From Chrysomallon squamiferum (Eukaryota; Animalia; Mollusca): DNA of 64,000 nucleotides. A model generated the notes under the pieces. It was not told the DNA's origin. It did not search any database and saw nothing but the letters and a program-made list of their open reading frames with translations. Of the stretch, positions 1 through 34,874 are shown one piece after another. The stretch's first letter is position 1, and each line of letters opens with the position of its first letter. The DNA lies in assembly GCA_012295275.1 (NCBI GenBank), contig CM022670.1, positions 5,208,001-5,272,000 on the forward strand, read 5' to 3'. Position numbers and translations under genes: made by a program.

Positions 1-19
1 TGTTATTTTGTTCTTGTAG

Positions 20-19404
<19,385 letters not shown>

Positions 19405-21652
19405 ACTATTTAAGAAACATTAATTTATACACACAATATACAAACTGTTATGTACAGGTTTGTATGCAAAAGCTTCAGGCCCTGGGACAATACGCCAGTG
19501 TTGTGTATTCATAGAATGTGTTCTGTAATGCAATATGGACACAATCAAACACAATATACAGATTCCATCCCAGTTAACAGACAAGGCAGTCCGTGGAAAA
19601 AGCGGTGAAACAAACTTGAGGCGAAAGATCATGTTCATGATTAATTTAACATACGTGTATGTTAAAATCGTCAATCAGTATGCTGGAAATAATGACAATG
19701 CAAAATTGAATTATAATCGTGATTATTTTATTTTTAACAAATATTTCAATTAGATATATTTATGTTAGATTTTGTAATTTTTACAAGTTTATATCACCAG
19801 ACAATATATTATGAATGCAAAATAACTGACCAGTATATTTATAAGATTTGATAGATTAGGAGATATTTAATATTTATTAGCTTTTCCTCGTTCAGTAAAA
19901 TCACTGATTCTCCCTATGTATTATCAGTTTGTACCAGTCGATTCCCTCATGTTACCACAGAGATGCTTTGCTGTCCAGACATGGTCTTTCTAGAACATCC
20001 GTCGCTGATTAAAACTACTGGCTGTCATTACTGGTAACATCTCTGGTTTAAGCAGAACAGTGACAACATCGTGTTGAAACGATTAGAACTGATGATAACG
20101 GCAGCAACTCACGATACTGTTTACTTTTGTTCATGATGTCACACGTTCTAATTTGCTGAACGAAATCATGTTTGGTTAATGATTTCAGTCAAATGATGGT
20201 AAAGCATTATCTCGAAACAAAACAAATTGTCTTAAAAAGCGAACAAATTGGCTCTAATTTGATTGAGCGCAACTGGTCAGCTATTTACGGCGTTCAGTAT
20301 ACAAGACTCTTAACCATGGATTTATTTTTCCTAATACATTTATTCCAAATTTAGTTTTAGTGGTCTGCACATGACGCTGATAATTACGTTGACGATGATG
20401 ATCATTGACTATTACAGCAACAAAGTCATAGTCTTCCTTTCCATAGTTTAGTTGTCAGTACTATAAACCGATCATAAAGAAAATTATGTGGTTTATTCCT
20501 CCTAAACAAGACACGTGCTTCCCGGTGCTTAGATTTTCAGTAGCGAATATATAGTGGACCGACTCGTATTTGGATATGGGCCTAATGAATTCTTGCTTGT
20601 ATCTGATGCAGTTGTAAAGTATCCTGTAATTTGTATAACCATTATATTCTGTAAAAAACAAAAACAAACAATAATATTAGCGATTAGGTGCTAACAGTCG
20701 TGTATTTTAATATACTGTATATATCGTGTATAACTATATTGAATCAGATGTTTGAAAATAAGCACTTTTTTAACTGGACCACCTCTAATATAATATATGT
20801 AATGATCTTTTCAACAAAACGGACTGCCAAAAATTAATATGAAATATATAAAATAAAATTTAAAAATGCATTAGTAGAAAATGTTTAACATTTTTGACAA
20901 TTGTTATTCAATCAGTAAACCAATTAAGAAATTAACAAGGTCTACATTATATATTTTTTATATACAGAATCATCAAGCCTGTAAATTTGAAATTACTGTA
21001 GTTGCCAGGTTTGGAAATGTAACAACGACATCCTTGAGGATTGTCAGATAAACGTAGTGAACAAAAACAAATCCTGTTATGTGTAGTTCCATTTTATTTA
21101 AGCAACGACGTGGGCAGCATTGTGCCTGCCTATTAAACTAGGTAGTAGAATATCTTATTACTACTCTCATATCAACAGCAAAATGCAGTTATTCTGATAT
21201 TTTTTTTAAATTATTATTTCTAATTTAAAGTGAATTTGTCCATTATCATATCACCACAAATAGGCACTTGAGAAATACGTTTTAAATTACAGAAAAAAAA
21301 TAACACTGTATTTTTAGATCAATATATATACCAATGGGTTTTTACAAATAAACACTTCTGCTACTAGTGGTTTCCTAACAAAACAAAATATTAAGTTCTA
21401 GTTATACTCTTATAACTTTAAAGTCGAAATGAAACTGAACACCTAGTATTTCTTTACAGCGAATTTATAAATACAATTAAATCTCAAATTAATATAAAGA
21501 ACGACAATATAATACATGCTATATAATAATAACCAAATTAAAGAATTGTAGAAATCTTTCGATTTTTGTTGATAAATACAGCTTACGAAAATAAAGAAGA
21601 TATCCGTGTAGTGTTATATACCGACCCTTGAAAGTGATATTTCTAAAATTAA

Positions 21653-21686
<34 letters not shown>

Positions 21687-21726
21687 GGCGGTTAATTATT
21701 TTAATTTTAAAAAGTAATGGATTTAT

Positions 21727-21845
21727 CACCATGGTTACCGAATTGGCGTTACAATGGTTACTGAAATGTTATTACTATCTTTACTGAACTGACGTTGCTA
21801 TGGTTACTGAATTAATGTTACTATGGTTATTGAACTGACGTTACT
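21727..21845. repeat. 23-bp minisatellite, ~5 copies
   Basis: Consensus gttactatggttactgaactgac. Confidence 0.8.
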
Positions 21846-22308
21846 CACACTGCGACCATTGTCTCAGTGATCCAGTGAAAATGCAATGTGCCTTAATAAT
21901 AATATATTAATAATTCATACAAGAATTTTCTCACTTGATATTTTATTACTGTCTTTATAAGTTCGAAATGCACTTACATAAAGGTTTACAATGTCGATGA
22001 TATAATTTTATATAATTATATTATACAAACATATATACATGGATGTCATAGTATTCTAACGTTTCGTAGCTTTTCTACATATTTTATTAGAATTTCGACA
22101 GTGGTTGTTTCTTATCGTTTTCTCAAACGTTTTTTGATATTTATTCATTTTACTTACTAATGCATGTTTATATTTCTACAATCACCCCCACCCATCCCCA
22201 TTTCCCACCATAATCCTAGGCCCTTTTGACTTATGCAAATGTTTTCTTCCTCGTTTTCATCTTCTTTTTACATTATTATTATTTTTATTATTTTTATTAT
22301 TTTTTTTG

Positions 22309-22342
<34 letters not shown>

Positions 22343-24604
22343 GTCTTCCAATAAAAAGTAAGTGCCTATACATTGTACAAAAATGTTGTAGAATATGTAC
22401 AGGTAATAAGAGTAATTTTGATGTGATATTATGTCATTTATACATCGTGTAATATTCTGTATCACATATTTGTTATGTTTTGTTAACAAGTTGAAGTAAA
22501 CGATATGTGCCTTATTTTCTGACTTCCTTGTAATTTTAAATTTTATTTTATTTTAATTTTAATTTTAATTTTTCATATTTATATTCTAAAATAATAACAA
22601 TACGAACAGATCAAAGCTACACACATAAAAGCTTGGTTTATTAGAAGACATAATAGCTGATCTAACAGCCTATTTCAACATAAGACTGGCTCTATGTAAT
22701 AACAAAAAATGTTTCAACAAGCTTATAGCTGTATATACCCTATGTGTTCATATGTTACGTAGTTATGTGCGTATCTGCGTAGAATCACGTCGTCACAGCC
22801 TCCGTCAAATGCCGCTGATGAGATTCGAACGTATGACAGCCTTTGGGCCGTCAGACAACCTTGGATGTGGTATGTATGTATGTACGTATATAACAGCATT
22901 CATGCGACAGCAGCTTAGACAAAGGTATAACGGAATGTCTCTCGTTAAACAGATCTGTGTGTTAATAGACCAGTTTTCAATTCATAAAGTAAGAACGGCT
23001 TTATTGCATGTAAATATTGCATTAGGCAGCATTCTCAAGGCGCGTAAAACGTCTCCTCATATATATAACACTATTAAAGTTTAACATTTTGAACTCTGGC
23101 AGAGGTTATTCTGTCAGAATATAATGTTTATGTTGGTGAAATGTTTAATGCACCAGTGAGACATAACAGTTATGAAGTCACGGGCACACACAATTCATTA
23201 AACATTCATACAAGCTAAATCCTCTGAAGATTGAATGCAGTTGTCTTGGGAGTACTCCGTTTGAGACTGAGTTGTCTACCCAGTTTGATGTATGTGTATT
23301 TGTGAGTACGTGTGTGTGTGTGAATATGGATTTGTATATATGTATTTATATTATGTATATACGTATGTATGTATGTATGTATATGTATTTATACATGTTT
23401 ATTGATTTGTGTATGTATGTCTTTTTATATATGTATATATTTATATGAGTGTGTGTGTGTTTATATATGTGTGCATGTATATAAGTATGTATGTATGCAA
23501 GTACGTATGTAAGTGGTATGTAAGTACGTATGTATGTATGTATGTATGTATGCATACACGTGTATATATGTAAGTTGGTATGTGTGTATGTATTTTCCTA
23601 CTTTTGCGTCATGTAATTATATATGTTAGCATTCATATTACAGATGCTATACAAAAAACACATTTCTCCATGATAAACTATCTTTCCATCTATATATTTG
23701 AACATCATCTACTTTCATAATACTCTCTACACCATCATCTGCGTTACGTCATTAGCATCGTCTCACTCGGCGGAACAAATGATCTGCGAAATTCATTCGA
23801 TGATGAAGTCTTTGAAAAACTTACACATTCTCATAACATGACCCACAGACCTAGTCCCGTATCCAGGATTAACCCTGGATGATTTTTCAAAACTCCCACC
23901 CATTTTGTCTTCTTCTATTTTTTTTTTTTTTTTTTTTTTTTGCACCTGTTCAGCCCAAGCCAATTATAGCATGCGTTCCAAAAAAACAAAACAAAAAACA
24001 TTCAGCACGATCGAAACCGTGCGAATGTTTAAATCCAAGAAAAGAATTTAACCTCTTCGGCGTACATGTGATAGAAGGTCCACCTTTTTAACAGGCACAC
24101 TCTAAGTCATTCAGTGTGTAACTGTTATCGGTTTTAGATGCTTTTTCAAATTCACCCTGTCCTTTGACAATTTATTCGGAGATTAGCGGATTTCGGCAAT
24201 GTTTCTAAAACAGCGTCTTGATTTAGTAAAATTCCGAGGTCATGTTTGAAAGTATTTTTTTTTTTTTTTTTTTGTATAGGCAGTTCATGCTGTGAGTTAG
24301 TGAATGAAATGCAGGACGTTTAGTGGCCGGTAGACGGATGGATGATGGGTGGATGGATGGATCGGTGGATGGTTGGATGGACTGATGTGTTCCTCAGTGT
24401 TATTGATGAAAAAATAAATGAATGAATACAATGACAATGTACGAACGATATAACCAGCTACAAATGAATAAAAGACAAGATTAATTAATGAACAAAAAAA
24501 AAAAAAAAATAAATAAATAAATAAATAAATACAAATAAAAAAAGAATCAACCATTGAATTAATATCATTTGTTAACAACGCCTCAAACATATTTTATCAT
24601 TCAA

Positions 24605-24850
24605 CAGACAGGACCACAATCAATTCCTCGCAAACCATCATTGTCTTTGATAAACTAGTTGCATCCATGGACTGAAATGAGACAACACTGAGCGGACCCG
24701 TACGGAGAATTGAACCCGCTATTCGTCAGCCTGTGACAGTGGAACTAAAACTAACACATGAAACCAAGTATATATTTCATCTTTGTCATATTTCAGATTC
24801 ATTGTCAAAACTAACTGAGAATATTCTGTTTGAACTAAGAGCAAAAAAAA
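24605..24850 (-). mobile_element. Dispersed repeat, tRNA-derived SINE-like (copy A)
   Basis: Aligns by eye to 43535-43770; contains gaattgaacccgc, the reverse complement of a B-box-like GGTTCAATTC. Confidence 0.6.
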
Positions 24851-25156
24851 AAAAAAATTAAAAAATAAATAAAATAAAAAATAAAAAATAAAAATACATA
24901 AATAAATAGAAAGGAGAAAACACTTAGTAAATAAATAAAACCAATCATATGGGGATCTCAGTATAATTCTAATTAAACAAAAGTTTCATATATTTTAAGA
25001 ACAGTAAAAAAAAAATGTACAATTAACAACAAAAATTATAAGAATCAAAAAACAAATAAATAAAATAAAATAAAAACGAAATGTAGAATGGTTAATACAT
25101 TATATATGATTGTACGGACGTTCCATTAATTAATATATTGCAGTTTAGTTTATAGC

Positions 25157-25276
25157 AACAACAACAATAACAACAACAACAACAACAACAACAACAATAA
25201 TAATAATAATAATAATTATAATAATAATAATAATAACAACAATAATAATAATAACAATAATAATAATAACAATAAC

Positions 25277-25351
<75 letters not shown>

Positions 25352-25375
25352 CATCATCATCATCATAATAATAAT
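25157..25375. repeat. (AAC/AAT/CAT)n trinucleotide tract
   Basis: Seen directly; related (TTA)n tracts at ~1410, 12120, 14225-14355, 33740, 61255. Confidence 0.95.
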
Positions 25376-25514
25376 TTCCTTCTATCTGTACACACATGAC
25401 AACGAGGCAGACGTGGTTCTAAGTCATTTCACGGTGTTAATTTTGCACGACATGGCACTGGTTTCACGACAAATTATGCAGAAACTTTAAATCTATGCAT
25501 AATGATGCTTAAAC

Positions 25515-25550
<36 letters not shown>

Positions 25551-26059
25551 TTTTTTCATTATCATAATAATGCGAATATTAGACAGAAACATAACGTCAT
25601 AAGCACGTGCACAAATTATACACTTAATATAACACACGTCATATTTTAATTTTGAAAATCCTTCCTGTCATATGCATGACAATTTTGAGCCTCGCCTAGC
25701 ATTCTGCGTCTGTCCAAGGTCACCAGAGGTCGATCTGGTCTAATGACCACACAGTGAAAAGCTTTGTTCTCTTCAGTAATTTTATTTCTGCATATATTTA
25801 CATAATGAAGTTCTTTATCTGTTTTAATTCATTTTGTTTCATAAAGTAATAATGTCATCTGACAGCTGCTGTTACAAAACGACGATAAAATGCTGGGTGA
25901 GGCTGTAATAGTAATACAATGAATTTGGCTTTGATGTGAAATAAAGGTAGTAAAAATTATTAAAGAAATATACATATACATACATATGTATATATATATA
26001 TATATATTGTGTGCATTAACCAGATTCAAAATTATTTAAAATAGCTTTTGCTGCGCGCG

Positions 26060-26206
<147 letters not shown>

Positions 26207-27212
26207 TGTATGTATTTAAATATAATTATAGGCCTAATATTGGTTAATATTTTATATAATATTAATTAATTTCTCGTATATATTCTGTATGTAATATAAT
26301 CATATCTGATGTTGATGCTCTAAAAGTCCTGCGACTCAGATTACTGCTCCCCTAAAGAATGAATAATTTATTCTCTTCTTCAGTTTCTTTCTTAATACTG
26401 CATTCGCAGTCATGTAACTATATGTGTAGTTTGAATTTCGCTCTCTGAGTGCTTTCACGTGCATTTACGAAACACACAGCACACACAACAACACTCATAC
26501 AAATACGAGGGTAACGAAACTGAAAGGTATCGAAGAAACAAATGGTGATAATGGAAGACCAAAAACTAAGTCTTCTTTTTCTAATTTTCTTTCTGTTCTT
26601 TTTTCATAATTGTAAAGTGCGTGAACTTAACTTTCGACAAAAATCAATCAAGAGTGACGAACCCATGAAAAGAGGGCGTGTTTCACAGCCGAAGACAGAA
26701 CATATTAAAAAAAAAATGTTTTTTTTTTTTTTTTTAAATCTCCCTTTCCCAAGGTTTATATTGCTTTTGCACCATGCTCGGGGAACAATAGTAACGGCAG
26801 ACTAATTTATTAGTTTCCTCCGTGATTTTGAGAGCACCCATTTCCACACACTTGCTCCTCGCGGTGCGCCTGATCAAAGGGACATTGGTTAGCGTATTTA
26901 ACTCCTTGATGAAACTAACGAGCCGCGAAAACAGAACTGCGCTAAGTCTATTGAAATTCATTCGTGATTTTCAGCACTAAATTAACCAGCCGACAAAATT
27001 AACCCCTACCGGCAACCTGGCGACGCCATTAACACAAACTAAATCAACAAGACTGTTTAAAATATATAATAAAAAGACCAATTTTCCTATCGAAATTCAT
27101 ATATTAAATTGCCTTGTTGGCCACATGAGTTTTAAATTTAATTGCTGTGTCAAAGAGTGCAGCAGTAACTGGAGACTTATAGATCTTTATTTCACAAAAA
27201 ACCCAGCTCAAA

Positions 27213-27310
<98 letters not shown>

Positions 27311-27412
27311 GTCTGTCTGTCTCTGTCTCTTTGTGTCTCTCTGTGTCTCTATCTATGTATCTCTCTTATCTCTCTGTTTCTCTCTGTCTCTATCTCTGTC
27401 TCTCTCTGACTC

Positions 27413-27459
<47 letters not shown>

Positions 27460-29404
27460 TTGTCTCTTTCTCTCTCTCTCTCTTTCACTCTCTCTATCTA
27501 TCTATTATATGTGTGTGTATATATATCAGCGATTTCTACCCAACTTTTATTTTACCCGATCTCTCTCTCTTCTCCTTATCATTAGTACATAATACATATC
27601 CATTTGAAATCAATAAATGTTATATGATATCTGAAGAAAGGAAAATAATATATTATTTACCTCTTTAAATGGCTTAGCAAATTAATGTTTTAAACATATG
27701 TGTAAGTCATTTAACAGATCAAATACCAGAGCTGCATTTTAATGACATGCACGTATGGGAACCATTATTTTAAAGAAACACATTTATGTAATTATACCGA
27801 ATAAAGGGCAGATCTAAAATTTAAGAAAAGTGGAAACTGCTGTTATTATGATGAATATTAATTCTAGAGAAAATGATTTCATTACGATAAAACAGGATAC
27901 AGGTTGTTTGAGCACACTGATATATATGCAGCTGAATTTACTAAAAAAACAACAACATAATAATGTAAGGTTAAATGTTTTTACTTTTGTTAATGATAAT
28001 TGTATACATTTACTTTTATAACAAAGACTGTATTTAAGATTTCAGCAGTTGTCCTAAGTTCTGTTTTCCTATTCACAATAACAGAATAACTGTGTGTCAT
28101 ATACCGTGCGTATATAGCATTTGATTGAACCTAATATTAAAGAATTAAAACTGGTAAAATATAATTACTGAGACAGTATTTTTAATGCAGCCGTTTATCA
28201 GAGTGCATTTCAAAATAAATTAATAGTCACCAGTTCTACAATGCCGATATCCCTTTACGTTTTCACACTTAACTGTCAACTGATTTACTCTCTCAGTATT
28301 AAAGTTTGACAAATGATCTGCCTGTCGTGAATCTTTTTTACCAATCGTAACGTTGGCGTCAGTGACGTTCTTTAATGTGTGTCTGTTAAATGTTGCTGAT
28401 TAAGGAAAACTTTAAACTGATTTGTTGAAATGCGGTTTGAGAGAAATGATCTGCATTACAAGTCTACTGAATCTTTCTCACTAATAGCTCGTGGCTCTTT
28501 GAGTTTCTTTGATATTACCTGCTGCTCATTGCCAATTAACGAAGACGTCTTCTGTGCTTGCAAGATGGACGTATTGTCAGTTCTTTAAAAATATCGATGG
28601 AAAAAACACGAGGACGTACTGAATGCTTCATTTCCACAATCATATGCTCAGAAATGTCTGTAAATACGAGCCTGTAAAAACGAGCTATTTTGTCCTAAAA
28701 AAAAACTCTTTGCGGTGCTGTTTGTCACAGAATCAAAGATAGTTATCTAAGTTTATATGAATAAAATTCTGCATCTGATAATCGGTTACATCACCGACAT
28801 CACAGGATTCAACATTTACATTGTGAAGATGCAGTGACATCTGCAGGCAGTGATTCGAATGATTGGTTCGTTCACGTGATATTAATCAGTGACATTTTTG
28901 ACATGTTTAATGAAGTTTCAAATTGATAACTAGATCATTAACCGTACTCATAATTCAGTGTCAGTGATAATAAAAAAATATAAAAAAAATTTAAAAAATA
29001 AAATTAAAATTTAAATAATATTTGGTTCAGTTAACAGGATGTCGCCTAATACTGCTGGTTAAACAAGTTAATGTATATTTCGCTTTGTTTTGTTTGCGGG
29101 GTACGATATAATGAAAGAAAAGAAAAGAAAGATCGTGGATAACGTAGAAGTTTTGTGATTTGTTTACACACTAGAGTGAGAGAACAATCAGCTTTCACAT
29201 ATATTCACAGACTAAATAAATATCTGTAAAATATATTCTTTTTATTAAAAAAAATTAAAATAAAAAATTAAATAAAAAAGGTTAACTCGAATTCTACAAA
29301 ATTTAAATGGAATTTTGAACGTACAAACAAAACAATCAAACAAAACAAATAAATAAATAAATAAACTGAGTCCAATAAATACATGTTAAACGTTATATTT
29401 GCAA

Positions 29405-29494
<90 letters not shown>

Positions 29495-30119
29495 GTCTGT
29501 CTGTCTCTCTCTCTCGCTCGCGCTCTCTCTATATCTCTCTCTATATATATGTGTGTGTGTGCGTGTGTATGTGTGTGTGTGTGTATGTGTGTGAGAGTGT
29601 GTGTGTGTGAGAGTGTGTGTGTGTGCGTTATAAAATGTAACAAACAGAAATACTGAAATAACCACGTTTTCTAAGCGCGCAATCTAATATCGTTCAGCTA
29701 CACCGTATCAGGACAATTTGACCACGAACAAGTATTACGACAAAAATCTGTGAATGCAGAGAGACACAGAATGTCACGTTTTTAATCGTCCAGATACATC
29801 CTGCAGGTGCACGATGTACATATATCACTTTCTACTTAACTGTTCGAGATAACAAATTAAGACCAACTGATCTGAATTAAGAGTGTACTGCTTCAGGCTG
29901 AGAACGTGTTTTCTTAGTCGAGTGTTTGCAGATTAGATGATTAATCCAGCGGATAAATCTGGGATCAAATCCCAGCACCAGCTCCTATCCAGAGATAAAG
30001 GAAAACTGTAAAAACACTACATTTCTCTAAAACACTAATACTAACGACATTTTGGAGAGACAGAAAACAACTTCCCTTTGTGAAAGAACGTGCCAAAATG
30101 AGTACAACAAAATGAGGAC

Positions 30120-30150
30120 AATTCAGACAAGCGTTCTAACACTGAGCTAC
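30120..30150 (-). mobile_element. tRNA-like SINE head remnant
   Basis: The minus strand reads gtagctcagtgttagaacgcttgtctga (A-box-like); no complete cloverleaf. Confidence 0.35.
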
Positions 30151-31457
30151 AGTTCACGTGCGGTCAAACTGAATGTCTGTGGTTAGTGACGTTGTGGTGG
30201 CCCACATTGATTGTGTTAACAATAAATTAAGGATACTAAAGGTGTCTTGACGTTTTTCTGTCTTACAAAAGGTCGCTAACAGGACTGCTCGGTCGGTTCA
30301 ACGTCCCATTATTTTCTCATGGCAATATTCTCTATAATTTAGTAGATATATTCTAAGTATGAGCAAACCCATGAAATCTTTGTTTTATTTTTTTTACTGT
30401 GGAGTTCAGTGATTTTTAAAAACAAAAACAAAAATAATAACTTTCCCCCACAAAGAGAACATGAAGAAAGACAATCCGGTATTTATATCGCTCTTTTTGT
30501 TTTCTCGTTGGTCACCATGCGGTCACGGGACTGACGACGGAGGTACATAAGTGTCCGGACAATGTGTCATTAAAGCAATGTTCACTTTGGTCTTTATCAC
30601 AAGAAACATCACGTTTTGGGTAAAAAACGACCTCACAGGAGGGTTTCATAGCTGTACCCGTGCGTAAGCAACCTCCGTTCGATCTCAATTGTTAGTCGAG
30701 GACCGAGATTGAGGTTTATGGGCCGTTTTATCACCTCGATCATTTGATCCGGTCACATTTATGGAACTCCAGTGCTAACGCTTCAGCCTCTGCTGTCCTG
30801 GAGATGACCCTTGGGCTGTCCCAGACTGACCTCATCGTCACCACTGATAAATATCGTTACCTTCTATAAAAACTGTCCAGAAGAAAAGCAGATCTTTTAT
30901 GTGCGGATGACGCGTCAATTAGACATGGTCGTGTTCGACTCGTTTGCTCCGAGCGTTCGGACCCAGCTGGTTTCGTTCCTCGTCTGCCCGAAGTAAGAAA
31001 ATACTTATCTTTGTGTGTCACATCCTCATCCACTTGTCAGATATAATTAAAACACATTTAGGGTAAATCGCTATGATCCCTTTCATACAAAAGATGTGGC
31101 TGAAATTTCTAATACAGGTTTAAATCATCCTTTTTCTCGCCTAAAGTAGCGTATATATTACCTCTTCTTTTATTCTGGCATAGTCAAAATTATTTTATTG
31201 TTATATGATACTGCGTTAATAGTACGATATCAGCGGGTGCTCACGACAATATATATATATATATATAGGCCTATAGACACACATACACACACACACACAC
31301 ATGAATTATAAACGATATTATTTTCATATTTCCTTTACAAATGTTTTCTTTTGGATTAAGAAAATATTTGAATTTAAAAGCTGTAACATGATATTTATGA
31401 TACTTAGCTAAAATGTTTCTTCAAGTACTGACATAGCAAAAATGATCAATTATTAAT

Positions 31458-31536
31458 CTAAATAAATAATTTGGTTATGGTAACAAATTTAGGTTAGGTG
31501 ACACAGAATCCTCGTTTTCTTTTTTAAAATAGAAGG

Positions 31537-31593
<57 letters not shown>

Positions 31594-31693
31594 AGTTTTA
31601 GATAAAAATAAATAATTTGATTATGGTAATAAATTTAGGTCAGATGACATGGAATTCTTGTTTTCTTTTCTTTTCTTTTTAAAATACAAGGTG
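31458..31693 (+). repeat. Local ~80-bp duplication split by a (TG)n tract
   Basis: aataaataatttg.ttatggtaa.aaatttaggt.ag.tgaca...aaaata.aaggt at ~31460 and ~31608. Confidence 0.8.
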
Positions 31694-31759
31694 GACACAA
31701 ACACACACATGCACACACACACACCTACTTAAACACACACAGATATATTAGTTTGAATA

Positions 31760-31895
31760 AATTTAACTATTTTATTTCTCCGCTCAAAAGCTGTATTTTC
31801 CCACATTTTGGTTTCATTATCGCCTACAAAGACCAAACCTCAAAACGAAATAGTTCTTAACAACAATTTATTTGTTACTTTTTAAATGAAATTAT
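31760..31895 (+). repeat. Dispersed ~135-bp repeat, copy 1 (copy 2 at 38530-38665)
   Basis: Shared ttaactattttatttct, tcgcctacaaa, caaaac.aaatagttcttaa, tttatttgtta.ttttta. Confidence 0.7.
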
Positions 31896-33736
31896 ATTCA
31901 TCACATTCTTTTAAAATCTAAACTAGCAATTAGACACAAAGAAATAGCTTTAAAGGATATATATATATATATATATAAAACAAGTAATTTATCGATGTAA
32001 GTATAGTCCCGTCCGAAAAAAAAAAAAAAAAAAAAAAAAATATGTATTCAGTCCGTCGAACATATAGAAATTTATCTAGTCATTATATTTTGTGACTCTG
32101 AACTGTGAATGCAGGATAAATAAATAAATAAATAAATATATATACTCATGCATGCTCATCATCGTATAAACACAGAGACACATAAATGATTGAATTATAC
32201 GAAGCTAAATATTACATTAAAAATTCATTTCATACGGTGTATTAAACTTCATAATACAGCATAATATTCATAGTTCGTTATTATTACACTACATAATCCA
32301 CTATAAGAAACATTTTATTTTCTCACTCTTGGTATTTCGTAAGTGTCAAATTACACTCGAAGACGCACATGAATAAATTACGATGTCTGAAGTTAAGACG
32401 GAAATTAATTGAGACTTTTAGCCTCTAGACACCTTATCTCGTGGAGAAAAATCATCAAAAAGAATGGCCGCAGTCTCGTGCATATTTATGAGAAGTAAAC
32501 TTCCTCGAGTAGTAGTTAATGTTTACAAGATGTTGTCAAGAAAAGAGTCGCTACTCGCTGTCACAGAATAATGTGTGCACTGATTTCTACGTTTTATTTG
32601 CTATCGTGTGAGTTTACGACCATGTTTTGAAGTTAGTCCAGTATTTGAAGTCTTGACAAGAGATAGATACACTTTGACAGACTACGTCTCATAAACATAT
32701 CTTACATAACATCGCACACATCCTGAATGTTTCCATAATTTATTGCATATTTTCTTTAAAGTAATGAATTAATTAAAGTGACAGGAATTGGGTTTTTTTA
32801 GTTGTTGTTGATGTTTTTTTACTATTGATGTTGTAGCTCTTGTTTTTGGTCTTGTCATGTTTTGAAAGACTAGTCTTATTATCGTTTATTGAAAAAGGAG
32901 TCTTATTTAAAGAGGATTTTTTATAATTTGTTTATTTATTTAGATGGTTTTGGAGGTTGCCCTCCTTTGCTTGTTTGTTGCCTAAAACGGTTTATAATGT
33001 AACTGTGTTATATACACGCAGAGATATATATAAAATAACCGAAACTATAAAAACATAATAATTGACGCGGGTTTTTTTTTTTTCTTCTTTTTATAAAAAT
33101 ATAAAATCTGATATTTCAATAGCAACAACAATTCATCGATAGATTATTAGAAATCACTTTAATTTTTGTTTTCAATTTTCTTTCTTCGTCTGCTTTTTTT
33201 TTTTTTTTTTTTTTTCTTCTGTTCTTAACAAGTATTAAAAAAAAAAAGAATAATAAAAAAAAAAAAACTAAATAAAGAAAGAAAGAAAAAGAAAGAAAAA
33301 GAAAAGAAAGAAGTTCTTCCCCCAGGTTTAAAAACGTCATCACAAAGGTATGTGTAGATAACTCTGTTGAAAAGTTCCGCTGTGATCGTATCTCTTTTTA
33401 GGAGAGCGGTGTGACACGACACTAACCCCACGGGCACGAACCATAACTCTCTCTTCTTTACTACGGCTATGCAAGTGGTGTTAATTCATCGATTAATAAC
33501 TGCTTTTTTATTAAGTGTAATTATCACGCTTACTCATTCAACAGTGTCGTGTTTATGATAATGTTAGACCCCAGGGTTTATATAGTTGTATAGACAAAAC
33601 GCATTTTGTACCCTGAAATCAGTTAACGTTTTTATACTTTAGTAGTAAATTTCGAAGATAATGATAAACAACAACAACAATAATGATAATTTTTATAATC
33701 ATATTTCGGTTTTAGAAGGAACAAGATTTAAATTTA

Positions 33737-33794
<58 letters not shown>

Positions 33795-34769
33795 TAATTT
33801 TTTCCATATTATTTATATATTTATTTATTTATTTATTTATTATATGATTCAGAAGCAAGTTCTTGCGGTCAAATCGCGGGATTTCGGCTAGAATAACAAT
33901 TAACAGTCCAGACTTCAGTCGCCGGAATGAAGTGCACGATACGCATGCATCAGTTGTCTGTTTAACAATAAAAATGTCAGAAATTGTCGAGGTAAATGAT
34001 CTGAGGTGGTTTGCGGTCGTTCAGACAAAATGATCGACATCTCTTGGTTGGCGTTAGCTTGCCATAGTGTTTTCGTTCGTTATCTTAGAATGTCACATTG
34101 GTTGTTACAGTGCCGTTCATAATTTGAACTCTCATACCTTTTCCCGAAATTATCGTAAATGTAATAACCGTAACCGTATCAGTTTATATCTGGTTCGTTA
34201 CTTACACTGTGATAATTTATGTTATAACTGCATACGACTGCTGATGTGTATCTTTCCAACACTTGTTCTCAACCCAATTTGTTTTTAGCCAGGGGCGTAT
34301 CCAGATTTCGGAAAAGGGATGGAAGCAGAGTCGTAACATCCATGATGATGGCCGTAACGTTTCGTGTTGTAAGAGTTTAATTATAAATGGAGACAGAAGC
34401 AAGTAAATAAAGAATGGTAAAATTATAATGAGGGATGATACATGTCATGGATTTTATGAATTTTGTCCTTGGATTGTGCCGTTTTAAGCACGTTAAATCC
34501 AGAAATCCAGAAGAGACTGAAATTTCCGAATACAGAATTTAAACGTATACAATGCAGATATTAGGGAAGCTTTTGAAAACAATCACTGATAACTAGGTAG
34601 ACCATATTATTCTCACCCCCCCCCTCCTCTTCTGGCTGTCCTATATTGATATCCGCACTTTGTACCCTTCGGCGAATGTGCAGTTATCGCACATTTCAAA
34701 AATAATTGTTATTTCTTAAAACACAAACGTGTGGACATAGGCGAGTTTTGTCATTTTCAGCCGTGAAGA

Positions 34770-34874
<105 letters not shown>

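Noticed and set aside
22805-22865. tRNA gene (minus strand GTTCGAATC T-loop)
   Set aside because: I could not fold a full cloverleaf or acceptor stem; at most a decayed tRNA-derived SINE head, like the fragment near 54012.
34289-34660. MITE with CAGGGGCGTATCCAG-type terminus
   Set aside because: The left end is plausible but the right end is too degenerate and no target-site duplication is visible.
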